Below are positions 11,869-22,621 of a stretch of DNA of 64,000 nt, piece by piece; within the stretch, counting starts at the first letter, position 1, and each line of letters opens with the position of its first letter. The notes under the pieces were generated by a model. The model was not told the DNA's origin. It saw only the letters and a program-made list of their open reading frames with translations, and did no database searches. Source of the stretch: Cladosporium halotolerans. Its lineage: Eukaryota. The stretch lies in the NCBI RefSeq assembly GCF_011745625.1, contig NW_027191464.1, positions 1-64,000 of the forward strand, read 5' to 3'. The position numbers and the translations under genes were made by a program.

Positions 11869-13631
11869 ATGGGCCTCCCGTACGTCTCTCCCTGCGCGCG
11901 GCCAGCCCGGCGCGTGCTCGCATCGCGAACAATAAGCTCAGCGCGACCCGCGACGCCTGAGTCAGCATTGGATGCGCGAATACACCGCATACCGCGTTAC
12001 TGACCTCTGTCTGCAGCATCTGGCGCGATCCCGACGACACAAAGCCCAAGTCCGTCTTGAAAGCCGACCCGACCGCCGGTGCGCGCTCCAGCATCCGCCG
12101 ACGCCCCTCAGTCCATGGCAGCCGCCGCCGCCGACTGACGCGTGAGCCCCTCCCTCCTCCGCCTCGCTTTGAGCGCTCTCCGCCGCCCGTGCCAGCGACC
12201 ATCAGCCTGCGATACTCGCGACGTAATGGCGTTCCGCCCATATCGACCCTGCTCGAGTCTGCCGACCGCAGCGTGCCTCTGCCTCCGCCGCCGCCTCCTG
12301 TCCCACACTCGCGCAACTACTATAATCTTGAGCAGCGAGAGCGAAGGCTGAGAGACAGCTTGGATGATCTACACGCCCAAGCCTCGCGTCTGCGGCGTGA
12401 CGCGCAAGACTTCGTCCAGGGCACTGGCGATCATCGTGACGACCCTTGGACCGAGACCGAGCGACGCACGTTGCTAGAAACTGCTGCTGCGGCGCAGTTG
12501 CATCGCCCAGGCTTGCGGCGCTCCCGCACTTTCAACACGCAGCGTGAGCCCGCCCATATCGCCATATCCTCGGAGCCTCACAACGCGGCTGAGCCGTCCG
12601 AGCACGATAGGGCTGAGGCGCCGCGGACTGTCCTGCCCACACCACCTCTGGACCAGTCAGAGCCAGACGGTGACAGTCTATTTCTTCCAGAAGGCGGCCG
12701 GGCTACCAGCCGACCTCTGCACCCTTTGAGTCGGTCATGGCGACCTGACTCTCCAGTCAACGGGCTCGGCGACCGTAATCGCAGCCCTACACCGCAAGAC
12801 GCATGGGAGATTATTGAGACGACAATACCGCCAGATGCACACCTGCCCAGCGCTGATAGCAGTTTCGCCCCTGCCGCAATCTCTTTCAATTCAGCGGCAA
12901 GCAATGACACGACCATCACAGAGCCTGAGCGAGAATCGGCCTCTGGCAGCAGCCGAAGACGGTCCAGAGAAGACGAAGACGAAGAGGACGACGACAGTGG
13001 AAGCGATTCCGCCTCATCCGTCGACCCTGACGACCTCGCCTGCACCGAAGAAGAATACATTTCCGAGGCCGAAAACTTCGCACGTGACATGTACTACCAC
13101 GAAATGCAATCGCCCGAAGGCCGCGCACGCATCGCCCGTCTACACCAACAAGTCAACCACCGCTTCGCGCCTGACCAGACGCCGACCGAAGTTGACATCG
13201 GCTTCCGCCTGATGCACGAAGCCTTCGACAGCGACGAAGGCCGCGAGCGCTTCTACGCCCTCCACGGCGACGACGCCATCCACCGTCTGGCCCGCTTTCG
13301 CGAGCCCCAGTCCCGCGGGAGCCCACCACGGGCCACCACCTCCCACGAACCTCCTCTGCCGAATCCAGTCTCGCCTCCTTTACGCGACGTCTCTGACGCA
13401 CTCCTCAACGACTTAGACAGCGACGAGCAAGATCTCGACCAGATGCGCCGCGTCGCGAGACGTTTGGCGCAGCGGGATGACGTTCCGGACGACTGGTGGA
13501 TGAGCATGGGGCTAAACTCGTCAATCGCACGGCCCAGGCAGCGCAGGCGCTCGCCGGACGGCGTGAGACGATCTGACATGATTGAGCGGACCAGAGGCGG
13601 CAGAGTCGACAGGGGTAATTCGAGGTTATGA
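11869..13631 (+). CDS. Hypothetical, largely disordered fungal protein; join(11869..11879,12017..13631), 541 aa
   Basis: An 11-nt first exon (ATG GGC CTC CC|GTACGT) splices via CTGAC...CAG in phase into the 524-aa ORF, giving MGLPIWRDPDD... Conserved-looking blocks: NGLGDRNRSPTP, WEIIETTIPPDAHLPSADSSF, LAQRDDVPDDWWMSMGL. Confidence 0.75.
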
Positions 13632-13995
13632 TGAGCTTGAGTGCTGACAAGTGTTGATGAGAAGAGAAGATGAAATAAGATCGTTGAGACGAAGCATGAC
13701 GAATGTACGACTTATTTTGCTGCATCTGGCGCGTGTATCTATCTGAAATCATGGGCATGGGCGTGGAAGAACAAAAAGGGCGAAAGAACAAAAGAACCGA
13801 AAAGACGAAAAACGGAACCGGCGAGAAGCGTCGAGGATATATCAGAGCGATCTTTTCACCAGTATCAAAAGTCACATCACCATTGCCAGCTACACTATAC
13901 ACCCTTCCCTCCCAACCGACTCTCAACTCCTACTTCCTCACAACCACGCGCCAACCGCCAACCGCCCCTACCCTGCCATCCACTGACCAACACGC

Positions 13996-15306
13996 TCAAG
14001 CCTCCTCCCCACCCCTACCACTTTTCTTCCCCATCTCCACCTGCTCCCCGCCCACCAAACTCCCCTCATGCACATCCTCATGCCCCGCAACCAACCCCGC
14101 CCTCCCAGGCCTCCTAAACCCAGCCCCAACCTGCCTCTCATAACTAACCCGCCTCAAGCGCCGCGCCTCGCCGGGCGTCAAATGCAACTGCATCGATCTC
14201 GTCAGCCCAAAGCGTCCCAAACAGAACAGGAAAAGGAAGAATGGCAAAACGCACATAGACCTCCACCCCCACGGCATGCAGCACCAGCGCCACCCACCCG
14301 CTCATCCCGAAGGACTCGTTCAGCGCCGCCATGACTTCGAGCACGGAGCCGGACATGTTGACTCTGACCGGCGCGACGGCAGAGGGCGATGTGCAGGAGG
14401 GATAGAGGGTTGTTAGTCTGGCGGACGAGTCGGGCGAGGAGGAGGAGAGGACGGAGAGGAGTTTGGCGCAGGGCTGGACGGAGAAGTAGGCGCCCGCGCC
14501 CGGCGAGGAGAGGATGTTGGCGGCGGCGATCATGATGATGCGGAGGGTGATGATGGAGGTGAACTGCCGTTCGCGTTTGCGTCAGATGGGCTTTTTGTGG
14601 AAAGAGGGAGAGAGGGAGGGAGGGCGAGCGCTAACGTAGAACCACGTCCGCAGCATCCAGGCGCGGTGCTGGTCGATCTGCAGGCGCTTGATGTTGTAGT
14701 ACGCCAGCGCGAGGCCGACGGTCGTGCCGATCGCGAGGGTGCCGACGAGGGCTTGCGTCGCGACGGTGCCGCCGAAGGCTTTGCGGGCTATCATCAGGGC
14801 GCCGGCGTTGGCGACGAGCGCGAGGAGAATTGTGAGGTAGCCGGCGATGCGGTGGAAGAGCAGGGCTTTGTGGCGGATTTTGGGCGTGAATTGGAGGACG
14901 ACGAGGAGGCAGGCGGCTGGGCGGCATGTGAGGGGTTTGTTGGGAGGTATATTGGGTTTGGAGGGGACTTTTCTTACGCAAGATGGTGAACAGGTGCAGC
15001 CGGATGCCGATGGCGTAGCGGTCGAAGTTCTCGTAGTGGTAGCATTCGCCAGGAGCTGCGCGGCTCAGACCTGAACCTGGTCCGCAGAAGACGCCCCTGA
15101 TGTTCAGGTACATCAGTCGGGCAAGAGTGAAGCCAAGCAATGCGCCGGCGAACGTAAACCCTTGATCAAGGTGAGTTGGAAACACAGAATCAATGTAGGA
15201 GTGGAACCATACACAGAAAGAAGTTGTAGCCTTTCGAGAACCCAAAGGCTCTATAGAGGCCTTGAAGGCCTGAAGTGCCATTGGAGTTCTTTTCCCTTCC
15301 AAACAT
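13996..15306 (-). CDS. Multi-pass membrane protein, DUF2306-like; join(15306..15213,15160..14978,14916..14636,14563..14255,14187..13996), 352 aa
   Basis: Five exons join in phase through four GT-AG introns. Motifs GFSKGYNF, APGEC, LHLFTILPA, QFTPKIR...FHRIAGY and QIDQHRAWMLRTWFY lie among hydrophobic helices. Confidence 0.8.
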
Positions 15307-16222
15307 CGTGTCTAAAGGAGGTTTCAAGTGAAAGTTTGAAATGAGATCGATTGGGCGGAATGGGAGAATGTGTGGTACATTTCTGTAGGGGATGCTGTTC
15401 ATATACCTCGCGCTGTTACAATCTTCTGTTGCAACAGCCAGTGCTTTGGTAGGCCTTCGTATTGCACAGCCGGACGGATCAACAGAAGCTCCTCAACCCA
15501 AGGCCGAGATGAGCTCGCGATGGCGCCCCTAATAGGCTAGGTCTTGTTTCTCTGATGCTTGCCATGACCATTGAGATATCTTGGGACCTCCAAGCCATAT
15601 GCACAGCTCGCGATGCGACCCGCATTAGGTTAGCCTGGAGATGATGTCGCCGGAGGCTTGACGAAGGATCGAGTGGCTGCAAGCCGGCGATTGTGGGACT
15701 GAAATGTGGGGCGTCGTTCGGCGATTCTGCCAGTGGATTGGGTTGTGGAGACGAATCTTGACTGCATCGATTGCGGCTGAGGGTTGCTTTAACAAATCAG
15801 GTACGATACAACACAAATGCTTAAGAACATGGATTGAGAAACGCTTGTAAACGAGAAGATGTGAATGTCTGATCTAGGAAAGACTAGTCAACAATGGCTT
15901 TAGGCGACTAACGAAGGAAGGCGAAGTGACAGAAACAGTTGAATATACTAACAGTAGCTGCCTTGGTTTACGGCCGATGTATCAAGTACGATGCGAAGGA
16001 TTTACGACCTAAATGCGGTCTAGAGTCGGCTGCAGCTAAGTGCCGACCTTCAGCTAGATCAGTCCAAAGGTTCAGCTCTGTGGCAAACATCCTTGACTGC
16101 CACAGCCGCGTTCGCAAGCGTCCTCATCGTACAACTTAATAAGAGCGGTGTTGTCCTAAAACTGCCAGTTTTGATGAGCATACCGTCGGGCTGCCCCGGC
16201 CTGATACCGGTTTCGTTCAAGC

Positions 16223-17794
16223 ATGCCCGCAAGATCTTCCGGCTGCTTCACTTGTCGAAAGCGAAAAGTCCGCTGTGATGAACGCCGACCTGGCTGTGTG
16301 CGATGTGCCCGCCACGGTGTGCAATGCTCTGGATACCTACGAGAAGAAGGGGCTCTGGACTTCAAAGATCAGACGAGCTCCACAAACCATCGTGCGAATC
16401 TACGGTACCTGAAGATCACGACGTTCCGAGGTGAGGAAGAATCGTTTGAAGGGACAGCTCTGGAGTTCGACAGCAAGATCAAGGCATCGGCCGCTTCATT
16501 GAGTACCACTAATGCTCCGCTCTTCACGATTGAAAACTGCCAACATGGTGTGCCAAACGGCTTGACTAGCGCCAACCTCAACCGAGAACAATTGTATGAA
16601 TCTTTCATGGGAATATTCAACCCTAAGAACATCAATCCTGGATCCCAAGACTTCGACTTCTTCAGAATGCTGGCGATGCTAGCACCTAGTCACTTAGTTC
16701 TACAGGATGGTCTTGATGCCCTGAGCCTGATGCAAATTGGCACGGCTCACGCAGATCAACGACTGCTCGGCGAATCACTCGTCCGATATTGCAAAGCACT
16801 TCGGGGAACAAGACAAGCATTGAACATTGGTGCCCCTGAAGATGCATTGTTCGCGACTGCAAGTGTTCTCGCAATATGCGAGTTCTTCGATCACATCAAC
16901 AAGACTCCGTCGGCTTGGCTTGGCCACCTTGTCGGAGTTGATCAGCTGTTGCTCGTTCGTGGCCCGAGTTCGCTGAAGTCGAAATTATCAATGCTGCTGT
17001 TTTACCAATCACGACATCCTGCCCTGTCAAGGTCTCTGCTACGCCGAAAGGCAGATCCGCTGTCGTCGCTCGAATGGCGAGCAATACTTAAACAAATGCC
17101 TCTGGGGCCTGCTGGAACCTCCATGGAGCTCGCACTACAAGTACCGGAACTGTTGGAACGCTACGACGCACTGGACACCGCGTCTTCAACCTTCTTGTCG
17201 GAAGCTGAAGCGCTCTTGTCTGACTGTCAGCGACTCGATCATGAGTATCAGAACTGGTACACTGACTCGCTACAACCCACCACGAAAACTGACATCGCAC
17301 CTTACTCGACGAAAAGCATCGATAGTTTCCCAACATTCGCCGCTCTGATTCGAAACCGGAAGCTATCAAACGGCTTCGTCTTCGCAGACTCCAAGCTCTC
17401 TTCCCTCTACCGTCAATACTGGTGCTGCCAATACTTCCTCCAAAGCACAATAGCGCAATTGCGCGAGTACCTCCAGACCTCCCCCGACGAGTTTCCCGGA
17501 CAACAACTCGACCAACCTCGCTCAACGAGCGACAGCCATATCGACGAAGTCGTCTTCTCACTCTGCAGGTGCATCCCCGGCCTCGCCGAGCCCATCACTG
17601 GTGCACATGGCCACATCGCGATCTTCTTGCCCTTGCGTATCGCGCTGATGCACTTTCGGTCGAGGAGACTGTGGGAGTGGGTGGGGTGGGCCGAGGAAGT
17701 GAGTGCTGGGGTCTTTTATAGGGGTATCAGGCCACCGGCTATTAAAGATGGGGATTATCCTGAGGCGAAAGCATTGTTGGAAGCCAGTGAGTAG
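16223..17794 (+). CDS. Zn(II)2Cys6 fungal transcription factor, 523 aa
   Basis: N-terminal [31 protein letters not shown] (CX2CX6CX6CX2CX6C), followed by a fungal-specific regulatory region (W.GHL.G...LL.RGP). Confidence 0.93.
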   Translation: MPARSSGCFTCRKRKVRCDERRPGCVRCARHGVQCSGYLREEGALDFKDQTSSTNHRANLRYLKITTFRGEEESFEGTALEFDSKIKASAASLSTTNAPLFTIENCQHGVPNGLTSANLNREQLYESFMGIFNPKNINPGSQDFDFFRMLAMLAPSHLVLQDGLDALSLMQIGTAHADQRLLGESLVRYCKALRGTRQALNIGAPEDALFATASVLAICEFFDHINKTPSAWLGHLVGVDQLLLVRGPSSLKSKLSMLLFYQSRHPALSRSLLRRKADPLSSLEWRAILKQMPLGPAGTSMELALQVPELLERYDALDTASSTFLSEAEALLSDCQRLDHEYQNWYTDSLQPTTKTDIAPYSTKSIDSFPTFAALIRNRKLSNGFVFADSKLSSLYRQYWCCQYFLQSTIAQLREYLQTSPDEFPGQQLDQPRSTSDSHIDEVVFSLCRCIPGLAEPITGAHGHIAIFLPLRIALMHFRSRRLWEWVGWAEEVSAGVFYRGIRPPAIKDGDYPEAKALLEASE

Positions 17795-17916
17795 AGCCCA
17801 ATGCAGGATGACGAAATCTAGTGCAGGAAGTGTTGGTATTCTCATTTGCATGTCCATGACCCAGAATACCCAAGTCCGCCGCGAGGAATTTCATGAATCT
17901 AGCAGCCTGTATAATA

Positions 17917-19393
17917 TTACTCTCTGATCCAATCAAACAACCATCTCCCAAACCACTTTGAAGGAATCTCAATCAGCCAGTACATAGCCTCGGCCGCGGG
18001 AATGGTGACAAGAAGTGTCGCGATGAAAGCTACGCCTGTGGCTTTCGAGTAACCTGACGCATCGTCGCCCATCATGTTGGTCACTGTTTTGATGCCGAGA
18101 GTGTAGACGATTATGGATTGTAGGAGAAAGTAACCTGTGATGTGGTCAGATGCTGATGCGTACGAAGGGTTCTGCCAAGCGGGACTTACTCAAAGATCGT
18201 TTACCGAGCAGAACAAGAAATCTGTTGCGGAAGATCGACTGAAGAACGCTTGAGGTCTCCAGGATGAGGGAGAAACCAATGATGATGAGATAGCAGTCGG
18301 CGCGGATTTGCGCGGCCGTAACGTCGACAGCGTAGTTCAAACCACCGGTGTTGTAGATACCCGTGTGGTAGTAGAGTTCAGCGTTTTGCAGGTCTGGGCG
18401 TGCGGCCGTCCAGATGAACTGCATGGCGAATCCGGCGATCATGAGCAGCGCGCCGACTGCCCAGAATGGAACACGAGTCTTCAAGACGGTGAAGTATGAG
18501 CCGGTTCCACTAGGCCTGAGATCCATGTTCATCACGGCGTCGGCGACGAGAAGACCAGATATTGAATACCACGCCCAAGAGTACACCCACCATGCTGTTA
18601 AGATAAAGGCGAAAGCTCCGATCACCCGCCAGCGAGCTCTTGTGTACGGAATGATGACCGTTGTCATGTAAACCGTGTAGCTCTGTTGGAATACCGCGGA
18701 GATGACCCAGAGCATCTGCGTGGGAAATGCGCGGTTTGCAGCTTGATTCTGGAAATTGTAGGTGGTCCAGAATGTCATGAAGATTGCGTTAAAGTTGGCC
18801 AGAGAATTCGGTAAAATGTACAGGTCGGTGTCCATGGTGTTAATACCGACGCGCTGAGCAAAATCCACGAGGTAGGCATTGCCGTCCGTTCCATGGGTGA
18901 AGGCAAAGTAGACTACGATCAATGCGGCGGCGACTGGGAACCAGAGTCGGATGCCACGACGGAAGACAGTACTTGCGAGAACGATTCTATTAGGCTCCAG
19001 AAGAAATGGCAAACATATTGTTCGAGCTGATAGGAAGATGATGCTTCCATAGATAAGAGTGTCGTTCCAGAACAAGACGGAGAGCGATTTTCGGAGTGCG
19101 AGATGCGCTGCAGAGCCATCTTCTTGATTTGTGCCCTTCACAGCGGCTGGAGTGAATGTTTGCAAGAAGGCCCAGAGAAATGCCATAGGCACTAGGATGC
19201 CTCTAACACCAGTCAGGTAGTCCTGGTTCTTGTCGTATGGCCTTGATGCTGTATTTGGAGATTGCTGTGGCAATCTCTTGGTGATAGAGGATGGCATCCA
19301 GGACGGCAGCCCATCGGGTCTGCTTTGGCGCCCATTCTCAACACCGTTCGGCGCCAGAGGTGAGATGTTCTCATCGCCGTGCTTCACAGCCAT
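17917..19393 (-). CDS. Acyltransferase-3 (OafA/NolL-like) integral membrane O-acyltransferase; join(19393..18190,18134..17917), 473 aa
   Basis: AT3-type motifs DYLTGVRGIL, VFRRGIRLWFP, LWVIS, LGKRSLSYFLLQ and a terminal YWLIEIPS helix; about 10 hydrophobic segments. Intron GTAAGT...CTGAC...CAG. Confidence 0.75.
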
Positions 19394-20199
19394 GGCGATA
19401 CCGTGGTCTTGAACAATCTTTGGCTGATGTAGGTTCCCTGTCCAGGTCCGCCAAAGTGTTACTCGAGTTAGCCTTGCGTCAAGCCCATCCCTTCAAGCCG
19501 TCTATCCCTTCGCGTAGTATCTGTTGGCCGTGTATAGAGTTGACCGTGCTGGCTGACGACGTACTTACCGTTGTCGCTGGCCAACGGCTATGTCTAACAA
19601 GTCTCTGGTCGCTCTGCAGACGGGTGACGCGGCTATCCCCGTCAATAACCCAAGGCTAAGCCGTGCACGATACATGGTTCCAATATCATTTGAGCTAGCG
19701 CGCCACATCCGCATGCATGCATTTGACGGCTGAGAAGTGGGTATGTCTTGACGCAGCAGGATGGTGTGCAGGTGAAAGCAGGGTTGGGATGCGGAACCGG
19801 CTTGGCGCGCCAGCTTCACTCCTCCAGATTGGCTGGTGTCAAGGAGAATTGCTTTTACACTTCGGCCCCTCAAATCCATCAAGAGCAAGCTCAGTTCGCT
19901 GAGGCTTGGTATATGGCACCTCGCCAGTCAAGGTTCACTGGCGTGATGTTGGCCCGCCATCGCTTTGGAGACTCCACGGGCGTACAACGGTCCGAACGGG
20001 TCTCGCGTGCAGACATCTTTCGAGCAGACCAGCAGCCTTGTCATGCATAGCGCTACCACTGATAGACCGTCGACGCCACATCATATCGATGGCGTGCACA
20101 GATAGGTCTTGCGGCTCTCGCTTCTGAAGGCCCGGGACGTGTCACGGCGACTGCTGTCCCGTCTGCAATATCACCTGGGCACGACCGAGTCAGTAAGGC

Positions 20200-21669
20200 A
20201 TGGCTGCAGCTGTCGACATGGACGAGAAGAGTGGTGCAGCACCTGCTGTGCTCGAACAACAACTAGGCACTGCTCAAGCAGTGCAAGTACAGCAGCCCGA
20301 GCAGCCTGCAGACTTACCACAGTCATCAGGCATGTTGACCACTCTCTGGCGCTGGACACCGGCCATCTTTATGGTGTCCTACTTCGTCTTCTCAATATCG
20401 ATATACACCCTGGCACCAAGAGAAGCAGTCAAAGTCCTCTGGTTTCTATACTTGACCATTGGAACTTTGCTCGCTGGCACTACTCTGCTGGAGAGTTATG
20501 ATGGTTTGTCACTGCTAAGAGAGGCACGAAAGACGACCGCAAAGGTCGCTAGATCTGGCTGGAAAACTGATGCTCAACTTCCATATGTCGAGCTAATTCT
20601 GGACGATGCGGACGGCAGTGGACACGAGCGTCTGCACGCACTTCGTGAGAGCATCGCCTACCCGACCGAGAGACTACGCATCACTCTGCTCCCTGACAAT
20701 GGAGACGACGGCGCATTAGTCCATCATCTTTGTCACCTACAAGACCGCCAATCTGGATCACTGCCTGAATTTACCGCTATCTTTCGTGCCTCGCAAACAC
20801 CACATCCTCACGCTGTCAGGCACGCTGTGGAGCGGCTAGTGTCGGACAAGAAGATCGACTTCGTGCAAAGCAGGAGTGTTCTGATTTGGCCCGCCGGCGT
20901 CTCGACATTGAAAGCAATCTACTCTTCGCTGGCTGCTTTCCAACACGACGCGATTAACGGCCTCGTCATACCCGGGCGATCCTTGACCTGGGGTTTGCCT
21001 TTATCACACGGCAGCGCTATCTTCGGCCGGACATCAGCCCTGCAAAATGCGGCCGGAGCGCTGAAAGGCGCCTCTAGCAGACACAATGGTCCCGCCCTTG
21101 CTTTCTCTGCTTATGCTCAGAATCTCAAATCAGCACACGATCTCAGCGTTGTCACGTACACCCAATGCCCACCATCGCTGCTCGGCTGCATACGCATGCA
21201 GATTGAATCGACTGCTGAGTGGGTAGCGGGCCTGCCATATGTCGCGCTGGCATTCACCAAGATGAAGCAAAACTCGGCACCGAGCGAGAAATCAGACACC
21301 AACCCTGCAGGTCGTACCCTCAAGCAGCGCACCAGCATCCTCTTTGCGCTGGTCCTGACCCGCTTGGGTTCACACGCGGTCTTGCAATACTTCAGCCTCG
21401 CGCTCGCGCTTCTCTTCAACGAGGCGCCTCATTCGGCTGCGGAGTTCTCGACGCTGATATTCTTCCCTTACCACATATCTATCTGGCTCATCGTATCAGG
21501 CCTGATATGCCTTGTTGGGACGGTTGCCATGGCTCACAAAGCAGCGTCTGAGTATGCGCCTCCCTCATGGGCATTCCCGTTCTTGGTGGTGTTGTACCCT
21601 TTCATGCTATTGGTACAGGCGTTCGTGGACGTATACGCGCAAGCTGGGATTTTTCTGGGAGTCTTGTGA
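20200..21669 (+). CDS. Membrane-bound glycosyltransferase family 2-like protein with degenerate catalytic motifs, 489 aa
   Basis: Two N-terminal TM helices, a soluble GT-A-like domain (LPYVELI, IAYPTERLRI, PHPHAVRHAVERL, IDFVQSR, PGRSLTWG, HDLSVVTY) and three C-terminal TM helices. No DxD, TED or QxxRW motif. Confidence 0.7.
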   Translation: MAAAVDMDEKSGAAPAVLEQQLGTAQAVQVQQPEQPADLPQSSGMLTTLWRWTPAIFMVSYFVFSISIYTLAPREAVKVLWFLYLTIGTLLAGTTLLESYDGLSLLREARKTTAKVARSGWKTDAQLPYVELILDDADGSGHERLHALRESIAYPTERLRITLLPDNGDDGALVHHLCHLQDRQSGSLPEFTAIFRASQTPHPHAVRHAVERLVSDKKIDFVQSRSVLIWPAGVSTLKAIYSSLAAFQHDAINGLVIPGRSLTWGLPLSHGSAIFGRTSALQNAAGALKGASSRHNGPALAFSAYAQNLKSAHDLSVVTYTQCPPSLLGCIRMQIESTAEWVAGLPYVALAFTKMKQNSAPSEKSDTNPAGRTLKQRTSILFALVLTRLGSHAVLQYFSLALALLFNEAPHSAAEFSTLIFFPYHISIWLIVSGLICLVGTVAMAHKAASEYAPPSWAFPFLVVLYPFMLLVQAFVDVYAQAGIFLGVL

Positions 21670-22621
21670 CCGGAGATCGGGTCAAACAAACAAATGCACA
21701 TAATCCTAATCGGTTTCACGTCGGATGTAGAAAAATCGTCAAACGTTACGCATTGCGCTCGTGCTCCCGCACATGTCAGCTGCAGGCCTTGCATTGCCCG
21801 CCTTATCATAGTCACACAGTAAATGTAGCAGAATGATCATTAATAGCCTGCCTAGCTGCAAGACAGCCATGCAGTAGCTGCAATTCCTGGTAGGGCCGCG
21901 TCATCGCTCTGCAGGTAGCCCCGATCACGCATGGGCGATGCTATGCGGTAGTGCATGTGGACTTTCGCATGGGTGACCGGGATTGCCATGCTGCGAGGCG
22001 AGCGCCACCGAAGACTCTCTGGGACTGATGGAAAAAGACTAAAATGGTGCCACGGGCGAGAGCATGGGCTTCTGACGCTGATCAGATGTTGTGGTATTTT
22101 CCCTCAGACGATAGCTCAGCCCTGTACGGAAAATATTGATAGAGTTGCTCCACTCCACCCACGTTACCCTTGACGTGACCAAGAAACATCGGCATCTACG
22201 GCAGACGGAGGATTGAAGCTGCAGCACCAAGTGCTTGGAAGCGGAAAGCCGAGAGCTCTGGCTCCGGAACCAGGCACACGCTGCAGAGGGTCAGCCAGCG
22301 CCACCCAATTCCGCAAACGCCTCCCCTCCTCTCCGCACCAACGGCTCGCGCGCCAAAATATCTAGCCTCGATGGGGGATGCTCGATAGCAGCGGCGATCC
22401 TTGAGCCCTCGCGATTAGCTGCGTTATAACTGGCCCTACTCGGCCTTGTCTCGCCTCACGTGGAGCGGCGTGCGGTGGTGGGTTCGCTGGCATGGCGGGC
22501 AAGTAAGTGCTTTCTTCTTCCTCTTTGCTGTCGTCTGGAGTGATATCTGTACGCCTCATTGTTATTCCGCTGGTGTGTCGTGGGTTGGCGGTGATGTACG
22601 GTCGTTACTTCTGATATAGCC

